DNA of 64,000 bases from Bilabrum cf. latius (GCA_965178125.1 OZ237751.1:558001-622000), one strand, 5' to 3'; numbered from the stretch's first letter, positions 1 to 13,752 are shown. The notes: a model not told the origin generated them from the sequence alone. Numbers and translations are program-made.

Positions 1-2748
1 GTACTTGGCTCGGTTGGCAGATACTGCACCCCCGCACGCCGGCTCCTCTTCCGCAAGCAGCTTCTCGAGCGACTGGCTTCTGCGCATGCCGGACGGACTG
101 CTTAGGGCGAGCCCCAGCTCCTAGTCCATGTCTGACATGGCTGAGAACTGCCTGCTAGGGGTGGGGGCAGGGATACCCCCGTGTGAGACCACCGATGCCG
201 CGCCAGAGTATAGCCCGCTGCTCGTACTCCACGACCTGGTTGGCTGCACAGGCGCGTTTGGGTCTCGCTTGGGCCCGCAGCAACCCCCTTCCTCAACGCA
301 CTCCCTGCCGCCGCAGCAAATGCAGCATGGGCATTCCAAGCAGCACATCCACGGCTCTGAAAGTGACACCGTCATGCGCTACAAACCCTTTAGACAGCCG
401 CGGAACGTCTTTAGAACGCACGAGCACTCCAGCCTGCACGTGAGAAACTCCTCCCCAGCATTGTTTGTGGTCGTCTCGCACACGCAAAGCCTGTCATGCC
501 CACCTGCCACGGCGCGCTTCTTGGCTTCATCGTCTTCCATCTGCTCCAGTGCCCTGCGCAGCCGCTGCACGCGCTGTTCGCGCAGCCGCTTCGCGTTCCG
601 CTTGACCTCTCGCGGAATGTTCTCAAGCACGTCAACGGCGGATGCATCCACCCTAGTGATGGCAGAGCAGTCTACGATGACCGCTTCCGGTGGCAGTGCC
701 GGGCCCATCCCCGGTACCGTAGGCACGTCAGGCGGAGGCGGGGTGGCCTCGTAATCCGCTGGAGTCAAAGGCTCGTAGTTGCCGCGCTGCCTCCAAGGGA
801 ACGAGGCCCGCATGACTTCGTCCCTAAAATGAAGAGCATTTGCAAAGTACAGGTGGGATTCGAACCTGAGAACAGCAACTCCTGGCTCTTCTTTTGCCCT
901 TCTATAGTGCCTGCCAAAGTTGATCCAGCTCTTTGTACCCGGTGCTCGCCCCAGGCGACTCACTCGCGGCGCAGCGCTCTCCTGCAACAAACGACCGAGC
1001 GACAGCACCGCACCGACAGCTAGCCCATTCTGCACACCTAGCCCAACGGTCGCCAGCAGAGTCGCAAAGAACACGGCACAGTCGCGTTTGTCCACCGCCC
1101 ACAGCATCCTGGGAATCTCGGAGTCGAACTGCTTGAGAACAGCGTAAATGATCATGACTCCGAGCGCTACTTGGGGCAGGAAGAAGAACAGCTCAGTGAG
1201 GTACACTAAAGTCACTGACAAAAAAGCTGCCGTGATCCATGAAGACATGGGTGTCCGAGCTCCGGCATCTGCGTTCACGCTGGACCGTGAGAAGGAGCCA
1301 GTGATCGGGAAACCACCGACAGCTGAAGCCGCAATGTTGCCGGCCCCCACCCCTACCATCTCTTGAGTCACGTCCAAAGGCATATCGTACAGGTTCTCTG
1401 CACCTTTCCCTACAGACACGAGCTCGAGGATGCCCAGCCCGGCCGCCACCGCAGCCGGTCCGATGAGCTGCTGCAGGTCCTCGCCGACCGAGGGCACATC
1501 ATCGCCTGATATGCCCTCTGCGCGAGCTGCTCGGTTTGTTTCGGCATTAGAAAACGGATTTTCCAGCACGGGCAGGCCGCTGGGTACCTCGCCCACGATG
1601 CGCACGCCCCGGTCCTGCAGGCCCATGGTGTACACCGCCACGGTGGACAGAGCCACAACCACGAGAGGAGCAGGGATGATGCCTACAGCTCGCTTCCAGA
1701 ACCTGCTCCTATCGTGCTTCACCTGAGGCAGCGACGCGAGGTACGTCTTGGTCCAGGACACGACGAGGAAGGCCAAGAAGCAGCACACGGACAACGCGGC
1801 CGATGCCGCGTGCGTGTCACCCAGCCTCAACCCGACCTGGTACCACACCTGCACCGCCACGGACCGGCGCGGCAGCCCGCTGAGCCCGAGCACCCGGGCC
1901 AGCTGGGAGGACGCGGTGGTGACCGCCACACCAAAGTGGAAGCCCTTGAGCACCGGCTTGGACAAAAACTTGACGATCTGGCCGAACCGAAGGAGGCCGA
2001 GGGCCACCTAAACGAAGCCCACCAGGATGGCGAGGCGGGCCGCAACTGCGGCGTACCGCGCGGAGTTGTACTCGTCGCCGTCGTCCTGCGGCTCCAACCC
2101 AATAGATACTGCTGCTTCTGCGGTCAGAATCGCCTGGAGAGATGCTGGGCCCATCGCCACGGCTGGTGAAGTCGACAAGATTGGGTAGATGACCAGCGCT
2201 GCCAAGCCAGCATACAGCCCGTAAATTGGTCGCAGACCGGCCAATACGGCGTACGCCATGGCCTACGGCACAAGCATAACTGCAGAGGGCGGATGGAGAA
2301 GATTGATGAGATGAAAGTAGGTGCGAACACTAGGTGGCTTGCGGCGTTGCAGATTCTGCGGAGCTCTGATACAACTGGGCGCACTTCACGGCAGTCGCAA
2401 CGGCAGCAGGTACTATAAGCACAATGATACATCAAGTTGATACGGTTTGCGCTTAGAGGGGCTGCAAAGGGTCGAACACCGAAACTGCAACTCACCAGTC
2501 GTCACAAGCCCAGCAGAAATATCGCCTACCGCTGCTGTACCGCTGGCTGTGGGAGCCAAATACTCCAAATTAACCCATTTATGAATATATATTTGTGGAA
2601 GAAGGGACCAAACTTGCAGTAACTGCTCCGATGGGCACGAGCAAGCGCACGGTGATCGCTCAGTTTCTGTTGGACCGTCATCCTTAGCTTGCTGCTCGGC
2701 AGCCCGGCTCCCGACAACCGGCGGCTCACCTGCCGCCGGTGTTCCCAT
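1..2748 (-). CDS. SLC26/SulP family sulfate/anion transporter with STAS domain (3' end runs off window)
   Basis: Exon 1 2748-2496, GT-AG intron 2495-2280, then GDISAGLVTT-V-MLVP[TAG]AMAYAVLAGLRPIYGLY (SulP signature), GSFSRSSVN and STAS-like VLRFESHLYFANA...VIVDCSAITRVDASAV. In-frame TAG at 2263, 2008, 379, 121; frame open to position 1. Confidence 0.93.
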
Positions 2749-3186
2749 CCTTATATCAGAATCTCGGATAGAGACAAGATTATCTCCCTGCTAGCGGAGA
2801 GATTCGTCGGTCATTGGAACCGTCGTTGTCTCTGTATTATTGCAAAGGTACACGCAACTTGAATCTTCAACTCGGGCAAGGAAGACACGTCCCCGGGTGC
2901 CGTGGCAGGCTAGAGAAAGACAATTTGGATGTGGGGCTGGGCTACACCAATCCATATCAAATCGTTTACAATCGGGTCCGGTTAGCTTGCAGAGCAGTAC
3001 ATTAGTACACGTGCTTGTGACAGGCAGAAGCCAGCAGCAAGCACAGCCAAGCAGCCAAAGGGACCCGCACCAAGCAGAAAATCCATGGTTTAAATAACCA
3101 ATGCGGGACAGACAGCACCAGCAGAGCACTTGTTCTCGCGCTCACTCCCTGCCTGCTCCTCACCATCCTCACCACCATCACATGCC

Positions 3187-6100
3187 TCAACCGCTGATCG
3201 CCAATCCGGCAACGAAAGCCTGCTTCACCTTGTCGATCGCATCTGGCCTAGTAAGACCCATCTCCACCAGATGGTTCACCCCGCCTTCTCTCACGTCCTC
3301 CACCTCGCCCTGGGTGAGGCTAAACTCAACGGATAGTCCCACCGAGGACTTGAGGTTGAGCACCGCGTGGCTCCACAGATACCCCACGAACATTACGTCG
3401 CCAGCCTGCTGGGTGCATTCCAGAGGAGCCTGCGGCAGCTCGTCCACTTTGGCCATCCCCTACGGGGTCACTCCGTCAATGTCACCCACGAGACGATCCC
3501 CCAGCCACCACCCGCTGATGCTGCGCCGAGTATAGACCGCCTTGCTGGGGGGCAGCAGGAACCAGCGTTTGGTGCCCGACAGCAAGAACGCAAGAGCAGC
3601 CGAGTGCAGGTGGGGCGGGGCACCGCTCCCAGGCGGCCCGATGAAAAGCTGCTAATTGACGGGCCGCATCAGCCGAGGGCTGTAGATGTGCGGGAAATCC
3701 AGAAGCCTCTGCTTGAGCTCGTCGTCCACGCCAAAGTCGTTGGAGACGTACAGCGGGTCCTTCCCATGGTCCCAGCTCAAGCGATTCCGCAGTGTTCCAG
3801 CTTCTCTCTGCTTCTCGTCCGAGAGACGACCGAACGGAGACAAGGCAGCATCCACACCCTCGATCTCCACATCGCTGCTGTTCTGCGACAGCAGGCTTTC
3901 TTCAATCTCCGCGCGGATGCCGTCCCCGTACAGGTACCGGTCCCTTGCCATCCGATTGCGCTGCTCTTCCAACAACCGCACGCGCTCCGCAGACATCTCG
4001 TCCTCCTCCTCTCGCTGATCTCCCGCTGCCGACACGTCAGTCTGGTTCTTGCTGGAGCCCGACTGGCCGTCGCTGAAGCTGCCCATCGCGACCACCTCCT
4101 CATCGCTCGAGTCCTCGCCGATCTCTGCGGGGTCGTACTATCCCGCATTCTTCTTGGAAGCGCTCTCGCTGTCCTCGCTCACCCCGCGCCTGCGCCTCCG
4201 GCGTTTCTTCTTCTGTCTCTGCTGCCTCTTCATCTTGCGCATTCGGTCGTTCTGCTTGACAAGCTCGTCCGCAAAACGAACGGCAACGGATGAGGTGCTG
4301 GGGGAGCGCATGTACTGCAAAAACTCTATCATGGTCAGCTCCAGGTCGGGCAGCTGGAACTGCCTCGAGTAGGGGATCGTGCCGATCTTGATCTTGAGGT
4401 GCCCTTCGTCCTTCACGAACTAAGTGGGGTCGAATCGGCGCCACCACTGCGAAGTCGAGTTGAGCGCGTTCCGGATCAGGACGGGCCTGGAGGGGATCAC
4501 GTAGTCACGGATGAATGTCTCGGGGGTGAGCCTGGAGATGTCGTCGATCACGTCGATGTCGCACGTGTCTGCAAGCCCGCTGCTGCTGCCTACTGCGGTC
4601 TCACCGCTGGTGTCGGCGTCCGGCTCAGCTGCTTCCGCCGCAGCCACTGCGCTGGGTAGCAGGCTCTGCACCCTTGCGGAAGTCGCTGCCTCCATGGCGG
4701 CACCACGCAGGCGCCATGACGGATGCGTCAGCGTGGCCCAAACGTCGGAGAGCTCTCGCCCCAGCTATCTTGGCGAAGAAACGCCGGCAAGTGCAGAAGA
4801 AGCATCAACTGGTCGCAGCACCGTGGCACGCCACTCTAAAGCGCTCATCTGCTTGCGCGATCGCGCCACGTGTCCCGTGGCGATGTGCAGCAGGAGCTGC
4901 CTGCCGGGCTCCATGGTTGGGGGCGAATCTCTCGATTGCTGCGCGAACCGAACCAGAGCACCATCCAGGGACGAGCCGTCCTCCAGCACTCGCGCGTCAA
5001 TCAGATCGGCAATGTGCCCCCACATATCCTCGTCATCCTCCAGATACATCAGGTCCGAAGTGGTCACCAACAAGTTGCGAACCTGCCTGCGCGCTCGGCG
5101 ACGTACCCACCTGTTGCGTTTCTGCGCCACTACCTGGCGAGGAATCCAGACACGGGGGAACGTGGCATCCTGCAGCGCTCGCATCGTGGCAAAGTCCTTT
5201 GTTGCAGCTGCTTGCGCGGCCAGCTTCGCTCGGGTCTGCATTTCCACAACGGATGCGCCATCGACGCCTTCGTCCTCGTCGGTTTCCACCAGCTGCAAAG
5301 CCACTTCGTAGGGAACGATGGGGAGCAGGTGGCCGTCCAGACTGGGTGATAGCTGCCTCGCGCCAGTTCGAACGGCATCCATTCCTCCGCCGGTGGAGAA
5401 AACCTCGGACTGCTCGATGGACTCGTCGAGTGGATGCAGGTGACTCTCGATTCGCTTCGCAGAGCCGCTTACGTCTCGCTCCAGGGACGTCTCTGCCGCG
5501 CTGCAGACTGGAATATCCGCCTTTGCACCGGCCTTCTCAAGCATGTCCCACACATCGTCCAGCAGGAAGCCTTGCAGGCAGAGAAGATCCATCGCGGTGC
5601 GGCCAGCCGCGTCTGGGCGATTGGGGTCGATGGACGGGTGCTGCAGCAGCGCATGCACCACTCGTGTGAAGCCTCTAGGAGCGGCGTAGTGCAGCGGGGT
5701 AGCTCCGTGAGAAGACATAACGTTGGGATTTGCTCCTGCGACTAGCAGCAATTCCACAGTGGGGAAGTCGCCAGTCATCGCTGCGACGTGCAGGATCGAC
5801 AGCCCGTTGCTGCTGGTGAGATCCAACCCGCAGCCGTAGTAGTGAGCACCGTCACCTGCAGTCACCATCTTTTTGAGTGCAGCGTGGCCGGACTGCATCT
5901 TCCTCAAAGGGGCTCCGAGTCGGCCCTGTTCCCCGGGCGTCAGACTCACGGGGTGCCTCTAGAAAATCGAGTCATCCGTTTGGAACCCAGCCTCGTTCTC
6001 GTCCTCATCCTCCTCTTCGTTCGCCTGCTCGTCCGTAAATCGACCAAACTCGTCGCCGTAGGGGTCAGCGTAGTCATCCTACCGCTCTTCGTCGTCCTGC

Positions 6101-8837
6101 TCCTCCCCGTACAAGTCGATGAGATCTTCCTCCTGGTCCTGCAATGCCGCACCGTTCCTGCCGAGAGGCTGCTTGCACACATCGATCAGCTGTCGCACCA
6201 CGCCGGCCATAGAGACGCCATCTGTTGCCATTCTGTTCACGAGCATGGAGTACGTGATGGATTTTATCTGGCTTGAGGAGGAACTGCCACCGTACTGCTA
6301 AGCCGCCTCTTCGTACGACGAAGCGGCAATCGCCTTGCCAGACGCCTCGTGCTGCTGCTCTGCCTCAAGCAGCTTGTCGAGCTCATCCGGCGGCGCCGGC
6401 ATAGACTGCATCATGCGCATGGTAGAGATGGTGCTGGAAGCGATTCCCAGCATGGAAGCCAACGGGGTGTTGCCGGTCAGGTCAGCGGCGAGGATGTCGC
6501 ACTCTGCCGCACCTGACTTGCCAATGTCATCCACACCCCTCGGTCCTGCCGGGGGCTCCAGGCTAGGCAGCACGCCAGTCTCCTGTGCCTCTGCGAGAAT
6601 CTCGGACATGTTCAAGTTGCGAGCCTTCGTGGTGGACTGAAACCCGGGTTGCTTGACAAGGAACTTGAGCGCCTCGATGTCATTCTGGGCCACTGCGAGG
6701 TGGAGGGGGGTCTAGCCCAGCGCGTCTCGGTCGCACATCCTGCCACCTGACGTGACGATCTCCTTCAGCATCCGGCGGCGAAGCGTGTTCTCTAGCTACG
6801 AGATGTCCTGGGCTCGCTCCACGATCTCACCGGGCGCTCCTGCTTGCTGCATGGCGCGCACCTCTGGCGATGTGGACGAGTGGTGCACAACGATCGTGTG
6901 TGCTGCCGTGTGACCAAGCACGTTCGCGAAATTTGGGTCTGCTCCGAAGTCTAGAAGAAGCTGCACGATCTTCGCCTGGTCGTGGGATGTCGTTTCCTGG
7001 TATCCGGGCTGGGCCTGGGCGCGGCGCCGCTCGTCGTCGCTCGCCCCAAAATCAGGGCGTACTGCCAGCATCGATTGCAGCACAGAGTAGCGAAGGGGGC
7101 GACTGGGGGCGTCGGGACGGGCTCCCATTTCCATGAATGCCTGTGCCATCTGTGGATCGTTCCTCTTGCAGATCTCAAGGAGCACAGAGGACCCGTCCAC
7201 CATCCTCGTGTCCGCTAGGTCGGCCTGAGAGTCGTCCTTGAAGATCTGCATGCCGGGGGCATCGAGGGAGGGTCCCGATTTGGAGGCACTTGCAAGCACG
7301 TCGACGATGCCGTCGCCGTCGAGATCGATGCCCCCGTCGTCGAGAATCTTTAGCGTGCGCTACATGCTCTGCTGACCCGCACCCGCAAGAGACTGGAGAG
7401 CAGCAGCGGATGCCCCGCCCTCTCCCTGCATGCCACCGCTCATGGCCATCCGAAGAAACTCCCTGTGCTGCTCCAGACGCGCCCCCATGGGTACCACGGG
7501 CCCGCAGTGCGTGATGCACGTCATACTGACGTCCTCCGGGGTCGTCCAGACGTGGTATTTGGGACTCATGACCTGCAGGTTGTTGGCAGCGTAGCCCGGT
7601 GGGAGCCGAAATAGGCCGCTGGATTGCCACAGGAACGCATGCTCCGCGCCTTCTACACCCGCCACGCCTCCATGCAGCCCATCCAGAGTCCCAAAGGGAA
7701 CAACGTCACCAGAGAGACCCTCGCGAAGCCGTCCTGCTGAAGCCTCTGCTTCAGCCTGCAGAGCAATGTGAGACTCGTTACCGAAGTGTTCCTTGCCACT
7801 CATGCTCACCATGCCCTCCACGATTGGGAAGAAGAAGAGGTTTTCGGCGGCCTCCTTGTCGCCCTGATTGATAGCGGCGCGCGCCTGCGCTAGTGTTCCA
7901 GCGGGGAATCCCGGGTATGGCACCTTGGCGGTTGGGTCCTGCACAGGGATCTACGGGCTCGCAGCTTCCTCCGTTTCATTAAAAAATGCCTACGGCACTT
8001 CCAAGAAAGCCCACCTTGGGTCCATTTGATCCCTCTTGGGCAAGTGCTTGGACACATAGTCGAGCATATCTCGCCTCATGTCGTTGTCAATCAGAAGCCG
8101 GTCACGAATTTCATCAGTGGCCATGTGCCTCGGCATTCCAGAGTAGCGAACCAGTCGAATGTCATGAGACCAACCCTACAGCTGCGGCACCAGCTCCACG
8201 CCATCTCTGCTCCTTGGGAATGGTGCACCGGTAGGCGGCTGCGGCAGGTCGATACCGGACTCGATCCACTGCCGCACTTCTTCAGCGTGCTCATTCGTGT
8301 CAATCCAGTAGTAGTCTATGAACGTACGATTTGGGCGGCGCACTGCCCGGCTGACCTCATCGCTCAGAGCTGCGCGCGTTGGGTGATAGATTAATGCAGG
8401 ACAGATACGAAACGGATCAGCGTTGCGACCCGATTGTTTGAATAAACAGTAGCTAAGCTGCAGCAAAACTCACCGTGCTGTGTAATGGTCTTCTCGGTGG
8501 CCTCGCAGATCGTTCTAGCGACGCCAGGCGCTAAACCAGTGTTGCACGTTGGGCCGGGCACAAGCATTAGGACCGCCATGCATGACAGCGGGTGGCCGAG
8601 CATCTTCACCTCATTATCATCCATCCCATCAACCAAATTGTCAGCTTCTGCATGCCGGCGTTCAAGGTGCCTGAGCATGTCTGACGGGCTCGTCCGAAGT
8701 AGGATTGGGGTTCGACTCCTTCTTGGCACGTCTTCTGGTGTGTTCTCTTTTAGCCTGGGCGTTTTCCAAGAGCCCATCGAAACAACGCAAGTTGATAGTA
8801 GCACAAAAGAAGATGCTACAAGCATTTGGGCACTCAT
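3187..8837 (-). CDS. Large signal-peptide protein with ankyrin repeats and C-terminal JmjC/cupin domain (JMJD8-like)
   Basis: Hydrophobic N-terminus MSAQMLVASSFVLLSTCVVS; intron ~8473-8370; one frame thereafter with >=14 in-frame TAG. Ankyrin motifs (GHTAAH, G[TAG]TPLHLA, GLSILHVAA, GATPLHYAA, GRTAMD); JmjC motifs TFIRDYVIPSRPVLIRN, QLFIGPPGSGAPPHLH, GTKRWFLLPP, CTQQAGDVMFVGYLWSHAVLN; ends TGA. Confidence 0.8.
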
Positions 8838-9003
8838 GGCCCAGCAAAGTCGCAGTATGTGATTGCGTGTCGATCCACTTGTCCGGTTGCGCCGCGCAGT
8901 TGGCTGCGGAACTTCAGGCTGGTCGCACCTCTGGTCGCATCCGGATGACTGTAGTGAATTCATTTCAATAAGCTCTTTATGGAGCAACGCACAAGCAGAA
9001 CAG

Positions 9004-11967
9004 TTAACCCAGCCCGAACCTCCGCTAGAAGTTCTCGACCAACGAGCCCGTATCTCCGCCGTTGCCAGCCTTTCGCGGATCCTTGCCCAGCTTCTTGAGG
9101 ATATCCTACTACGCCCGCGTCTCAATGCACTTCAGGTCCATCACCTTGGCAAGCTCCTCTTCCGTTGCGGTCTTCCACAAGGCATCAAAACTCTCCGCGA
9201 GGCGGGCCTGAGGCACTGCGAGCAGCTTGAGCAGGAGGTCGATCCTGGGGAGCTCCTTCTGCACGTGCCTCTAGTAGTGGGAGGGGAGGGCAGGTACCTC
9301 AATGTCTTCTTCTTCTTCTTCCGGTGTCTTGGCGCACGGACACGACAGCAGCAGCTGCCTGACGGTTTGAGAGTCCATGAGCATCTGCTGGGCGCCGACT
9401 TCGTTCACACTCTTCACGCGGTAGACCCCAGCCATGTACCTCGGAATGAAGGCCTTGCCGAACCGGTCCAGGAACTGCCGGTAGTACACCGAGTTGATCC
9501 TCTTGCGCACCAGAGGAAACATGTACCTCATTGTCACGCCGAGCGGCCCCACCCACGATTTGTCAGTGACCTGCTCCATGTTCCGGAGGTCGGTCTCACG
9601 GATAGTAGCCACGTGATGGTCCAGCAGGCTGGCGCAATACCCAGCCATGGCCTGGTTTGCATCCACCAAGAGCTTGTAGAACAAGTCCTCTGAGTCCTCC
9701 ATGTTCACACTTGACTTGAACTCGTCCTCCAGCCTGGCAGAAAAGTTCTCCCCAAGCGCCTCGCACGCCTGGGCCATGAACTCGGCAGTGCTCACCACCG
9801 CGCAGAGCCGCTGGACCGTCGCGATCGCGCCTTGCGCGAGCGGAACCGCCCTAGCGGGGCGACCATCCGCGCCAGCCCCAGCGCCGCCGGACGCAGCACC
9901 GCTGGCGCTCCCACCAGCATCGGAAGGCGGGGGCGGCACGCTATACGTCGGTGTCGACACGGGTCCCAGCGGCCCTGCCCTCTAGGTCGGCTGCGGCACG
10001 TGCTTGCCCAGAGCTTCGTGGTACTGCCCGAGCGTCTTCTTTGCTTCCAGGTACAGCTAAAAGAGGATTTCTCCTGTACCTAGCTGCACGCATCGCTTGA
10101 CCGACGACTTGACCTGGTTGACGAGCCCCATGGCGCTGTCGAGGATCACCAGCCGGTCGTCACTCTTCTCGCCGTCTGCCTCTCCGGCCGTGATCTTCTC
10201 CGTGGCGACCTTTTCGACCAACGCCTTGAAGTTGCGCTGCTCTAGTCTCACGTAGGCACCCGTGTAAGGATCGAACACGTCGCTGATGGCGCGATGCAGC
10301 CTCCTGATTCCGGGCAGTGCGTCCAGGGCTTTCTTGGAGTCCGCGCCCACCTCCCTCTCTCCTGTGCCTAGCTGCTGCAGCCACTGCTTCTGCGCCTCAT
10401 CGGCCGAGAGCTGCTCCGTCTTCCTTCGCTTGCTCTCCTCCCACTCTCGCTTCCGCCTGTACTTGAGCTTGATGCCCTCGGCCGTGCCTGGGTCCACAAC
10501 TGCCCCATCGTCGTTGATCAGGGGAGCGTTCGGGTCGAACTCTTCCTCTTGCGCCATGCCACCCGCGCCGTACCCATACCCATTCGAATCCGGCCCGCCC
10601 GCCCCCGCGCCGGAAGCAGGTCCGCTCCCACCCCCGCTCCCGCTCCCGCCGTCGTCTTCCTCCCCGAACACGCTGGGAGGCAGGTCCCGCTCATACCTCT
10701 TGGCCTGCTCCTTCTCGAACTCGAGTGTGCGCTGCAAGGCCCGCACCACCAACTCGGGGGGCACGTCATCAGGCGATTCGTACTTGCTGAGAATCGAGTC
10801 GAAGTCTGTCCTCGTCTGGTCGCAAAACTGAAGGCACAGCCGGTGGCTAAGCCTCCAGTGCTTGGGAAAGACCTCGCCAAACCTCGCCTCCAAATCGCGG
10901 ATCTTGCGACGGAACCAGCTGAAGCGCCTGTCCACCGCATCTAAGGACTGCGCGTCACCCTGCCGAAACTGTTCCCTGTAGGGCTTGAGCTCCTTGCGGC
11001 AGAACTCGCCCAGCCTGTCGCGCAGCACCTCTCCCCCCAGCGCGTCGATGACCTCGCAGGCAGCTCGGAGCTTGGCCATGGCGCCGTCGGGGGGTAGCTT
11101 CGGAGCCGTGGAGGGACTTCCGGCTCCGAGTCCCGCGTAGGAGGATGATCCGCCCCGGGACCGCCTCCTGTCCTGGCCGGCGTCCGCCTGCGCCGCCTCC
11201 TCCACCCCCACCAGCTCAGCGACGGCTTCCTCGGTCAGCAGCTCGAAATTTTCCTGGATTTTCCTTCGAAACACCGACTTGACATCATCATACTGCTGGT
11301 GGAGCTCCTTGACCTGCGGGACTTCGTCCGAGTATCCGCTGAAATGCGTCAAGATCTGGGCCACAACCTCCAGCAGCCTGCCGACCCCAGCGTACGTGCC
11401 GTCCTCTGCAAGCGCCTTCAGCTAGATCAAGCTTGTTGATAACATTTGAATCTTGTCGATAGTAGCGATCGCCTTGTCAAGGTTTGTCTTGGCGTTGTCA
11501 AGCTCCTTAATATCCTTAGAGATCTCTTGAACGAGAGATTCGCTTGCCTCGCTCTTTTCCCGGATAAGATCGGTCCTCTGCTTCAAGTCGTCAATGCTAT
11601 CGCGTGCCGCTTTAATGTCTTTGGCTGCTCTTTCCCCGGCGCTTGCTTGGTCACGCACCGCCGAGAAAAGCTGCTCCTCTAGCTTGCCGGCCTCGTGCAC
11701 CCATCGCTGCACGAAGCCATCTGCACGGTCCAACGAGGCTTCGTCCGGAAAATGCCGGTTGATGTACTCGGTGACGTTGAAGTCAGCTACGTCAAGCTCA
11801 TCACCTGATCCGCCAAGAACCTGCATGGATGGACATGCACCCAAAAATCGCAAAGACAAAGTCTGAGACTGTACGTAGTGTTGTGTCTCGCCTCATACCA
11901 GCTAGAACCTTACCTTCATTAATACCTATTCAACCTCATCGCTCAGCTAACCAGCGTCCATAACCAT
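9004..11967 (-). CDS. VPS53: Vacuolar protein sorting 53 (GARP complex subunit)
   Basis: Exon 1 11967-11914, intron 11913-11821; DELDVADFNVTEYINRHFPDEASL, ISKDIKELDNAKTNL, LDAVDRRFSWFRR, FPKHWRL, GAQQMLMD, VMDLK; ~9 in-frame TAG; ends TAA at 9004-9006. Confidence 0.93.
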
Positions 11968-12072
11968 GTCGCGTGAGCCAATCGCCGGACACGAAATATT
12001 GGCGCCGCGCACGAATCGAGGTTCCGCAAATGCGACCAGAGGCGAACGAACGGAAACTGCACAAAGTATAGC

Positions 12073-12531
12073 ATGGCCGGCGTTGCAGAAGAGCCGTTGG
12101 AGGCAAAGCCTTACACGGAGGCGCTTCGATAGTTTTTGAGCACCTGGGAGCTTAGCGATGGTGTTCAGTACGCTCTGAGAGTTAGAGAATTGAGCCCAAC
12201 GTCAAGGGCATGGCACTACCAGGTTCGCTGGAGCTACGTCACGAAGGAACGACCAGTTGCCGATCATTATTGCACAATGCATGTTGCTGTTATTCAGCAT
12301 GCAACGGGAGGGTATGAATTCTAGTGCAGGTTCGAGCAAGACGAATCGGTGCACGATGAATCACGTCTGGCCAGCGGGGCCGCGCAAGCAATCATCGATG
12401 GGCACATCGTAGCCAAGCGCAAGATAGCAAACGAGTACTCTGGTATCCTTGGCTTGGTCGAGGATCACGACGGGTCACGATTGCCGAAGGAGTACGCAAT
12501 TGATGCTCCGCCAAAGGCTGGTCTGGCGTGA
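12073..12531 (+). CDS. Small protein resembling AKAP14/AKAP28 (ciliary A-kinase anchor) family
   Basis: ATG 12073, two in-frame TAG, TGA 12529-12531; FLSTWELS...WHYQVRWSYVTKERPVA resembles the AKAP28-family W...Y.VRWS.PT...P pattern from memory. Confidence 0.5.
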
Positions 12532-12689
12532 GGACAGCCTGATGAAGACCTCCATTGTTGTTCGAAAGCCAGCGCAGTGAATCGCCCGTGATGCACTTCA
12601 TCTATACACAATTAAGTTGTCCAAGCATGCCAGGTCATTCGACAGCGCTGCTCCACTGAATCGCAACGGACCCGAGAAAAAGCGAGCCA

Positions 12690-13752
12690 TCAGAACATGC
12701 CGAACTTCTTCGTTGACTGCATCGAGGCAGCCTGCTGCCAGTGTTCCTCGCTGTGGCCCAGGGGCTTGCTGTACCTCGCCTCGTCGTCCGGACGGCCTAC
12801 AAACACCACCTCGGAGTCGTTATCGATGCTCGCCCCCTCGTCCTTGGTCGCAAGGAACGAAGCAATTGCCTCGTCGATGTTCGCCTGCACCAGCTTCCTC
12901 TCGTCCTCGGTATTAGCCAATGAGAGCACTTTCTCGGCGGCCTCCGGGTGATCCAAGAGGACTCTTCCTGGGCTGAAAGATTCCGCGCGAGCCAAGAGAC
13001 CGCTGTCCATAACAAGCGAATCTGTCTCGCGCACCTGGAGTTTGTCTGTGTAGCCGAGCATGATGAGCTGCTGCCGCAAGAATGAACTCTGACCCCTACC
13101 CATCTTTGGATGACGGGTTTCCACACGCGCCTGCAGGTCCTGGCTCCAGTCCTCGTCCTCCTCGTCGCTCTCAGAATCGTCGTTGTCATCTGCTGCACTT
13201 GATCCGCCACGCATGGCTCTCTCTTCCGCTTCCTGTTGCGCTGCTACTCGCTCCTTTTCCTACTAAGACTATCTCTTTCGGAATGCTGCTTCACCCAATG
13301 GGTCCTGCTCAAGCGTGACTTGCAGGTTGCCCTCGTCGTCCTCGTTCATGTTGACGTACTTGTGCATCGTCTTCAGACCGTGCAGGGCAAGACCAACGCG
13401 AAACTGGATCTTTTCAGGGTCTGTCAAGTCCTTATGGTCACGAAATTCTGCGAGTATAGCGCAAAAATAGTCTCAGTCGACACGCAGCACGTCGACGTGG
13501 TGGAAGGTAGAGCTGCTGTGGCGGCAGCGACAAACGTCATTCGAGCTTGCATGCACATAAAGTTACCTTACCATCCTTGATATCCTCAATAAGGGCGTCT
13601 CGCTTCATTGAAGGAAAATGGCGTGCCGTCCTCAGCAACACGCGGTACAGCTTCAGAATTCTGTCCCTACCTGGTCCTTTGCTCGCATGGCGAGATGCTG
13701 AGGATGAAATCCTACGAGTAAGCTTCGATGAGGCAGCAATATACCGGCGCAT
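12690..13752 (-). CDS. LYR-motif (Complex1_LYR-like) protein with C-terminal extension, likely mitochondrial
   Basis: Arg/Ser-rich presequence-like N-terminus, ILKLYRVLLRTARHFPS...IKD|EFRDHKDLTDPEKI across intron 13571-13448; TAG TCT TAG TAG at 13271-13260 in frame; ends TGA. Confidence 0.75.
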
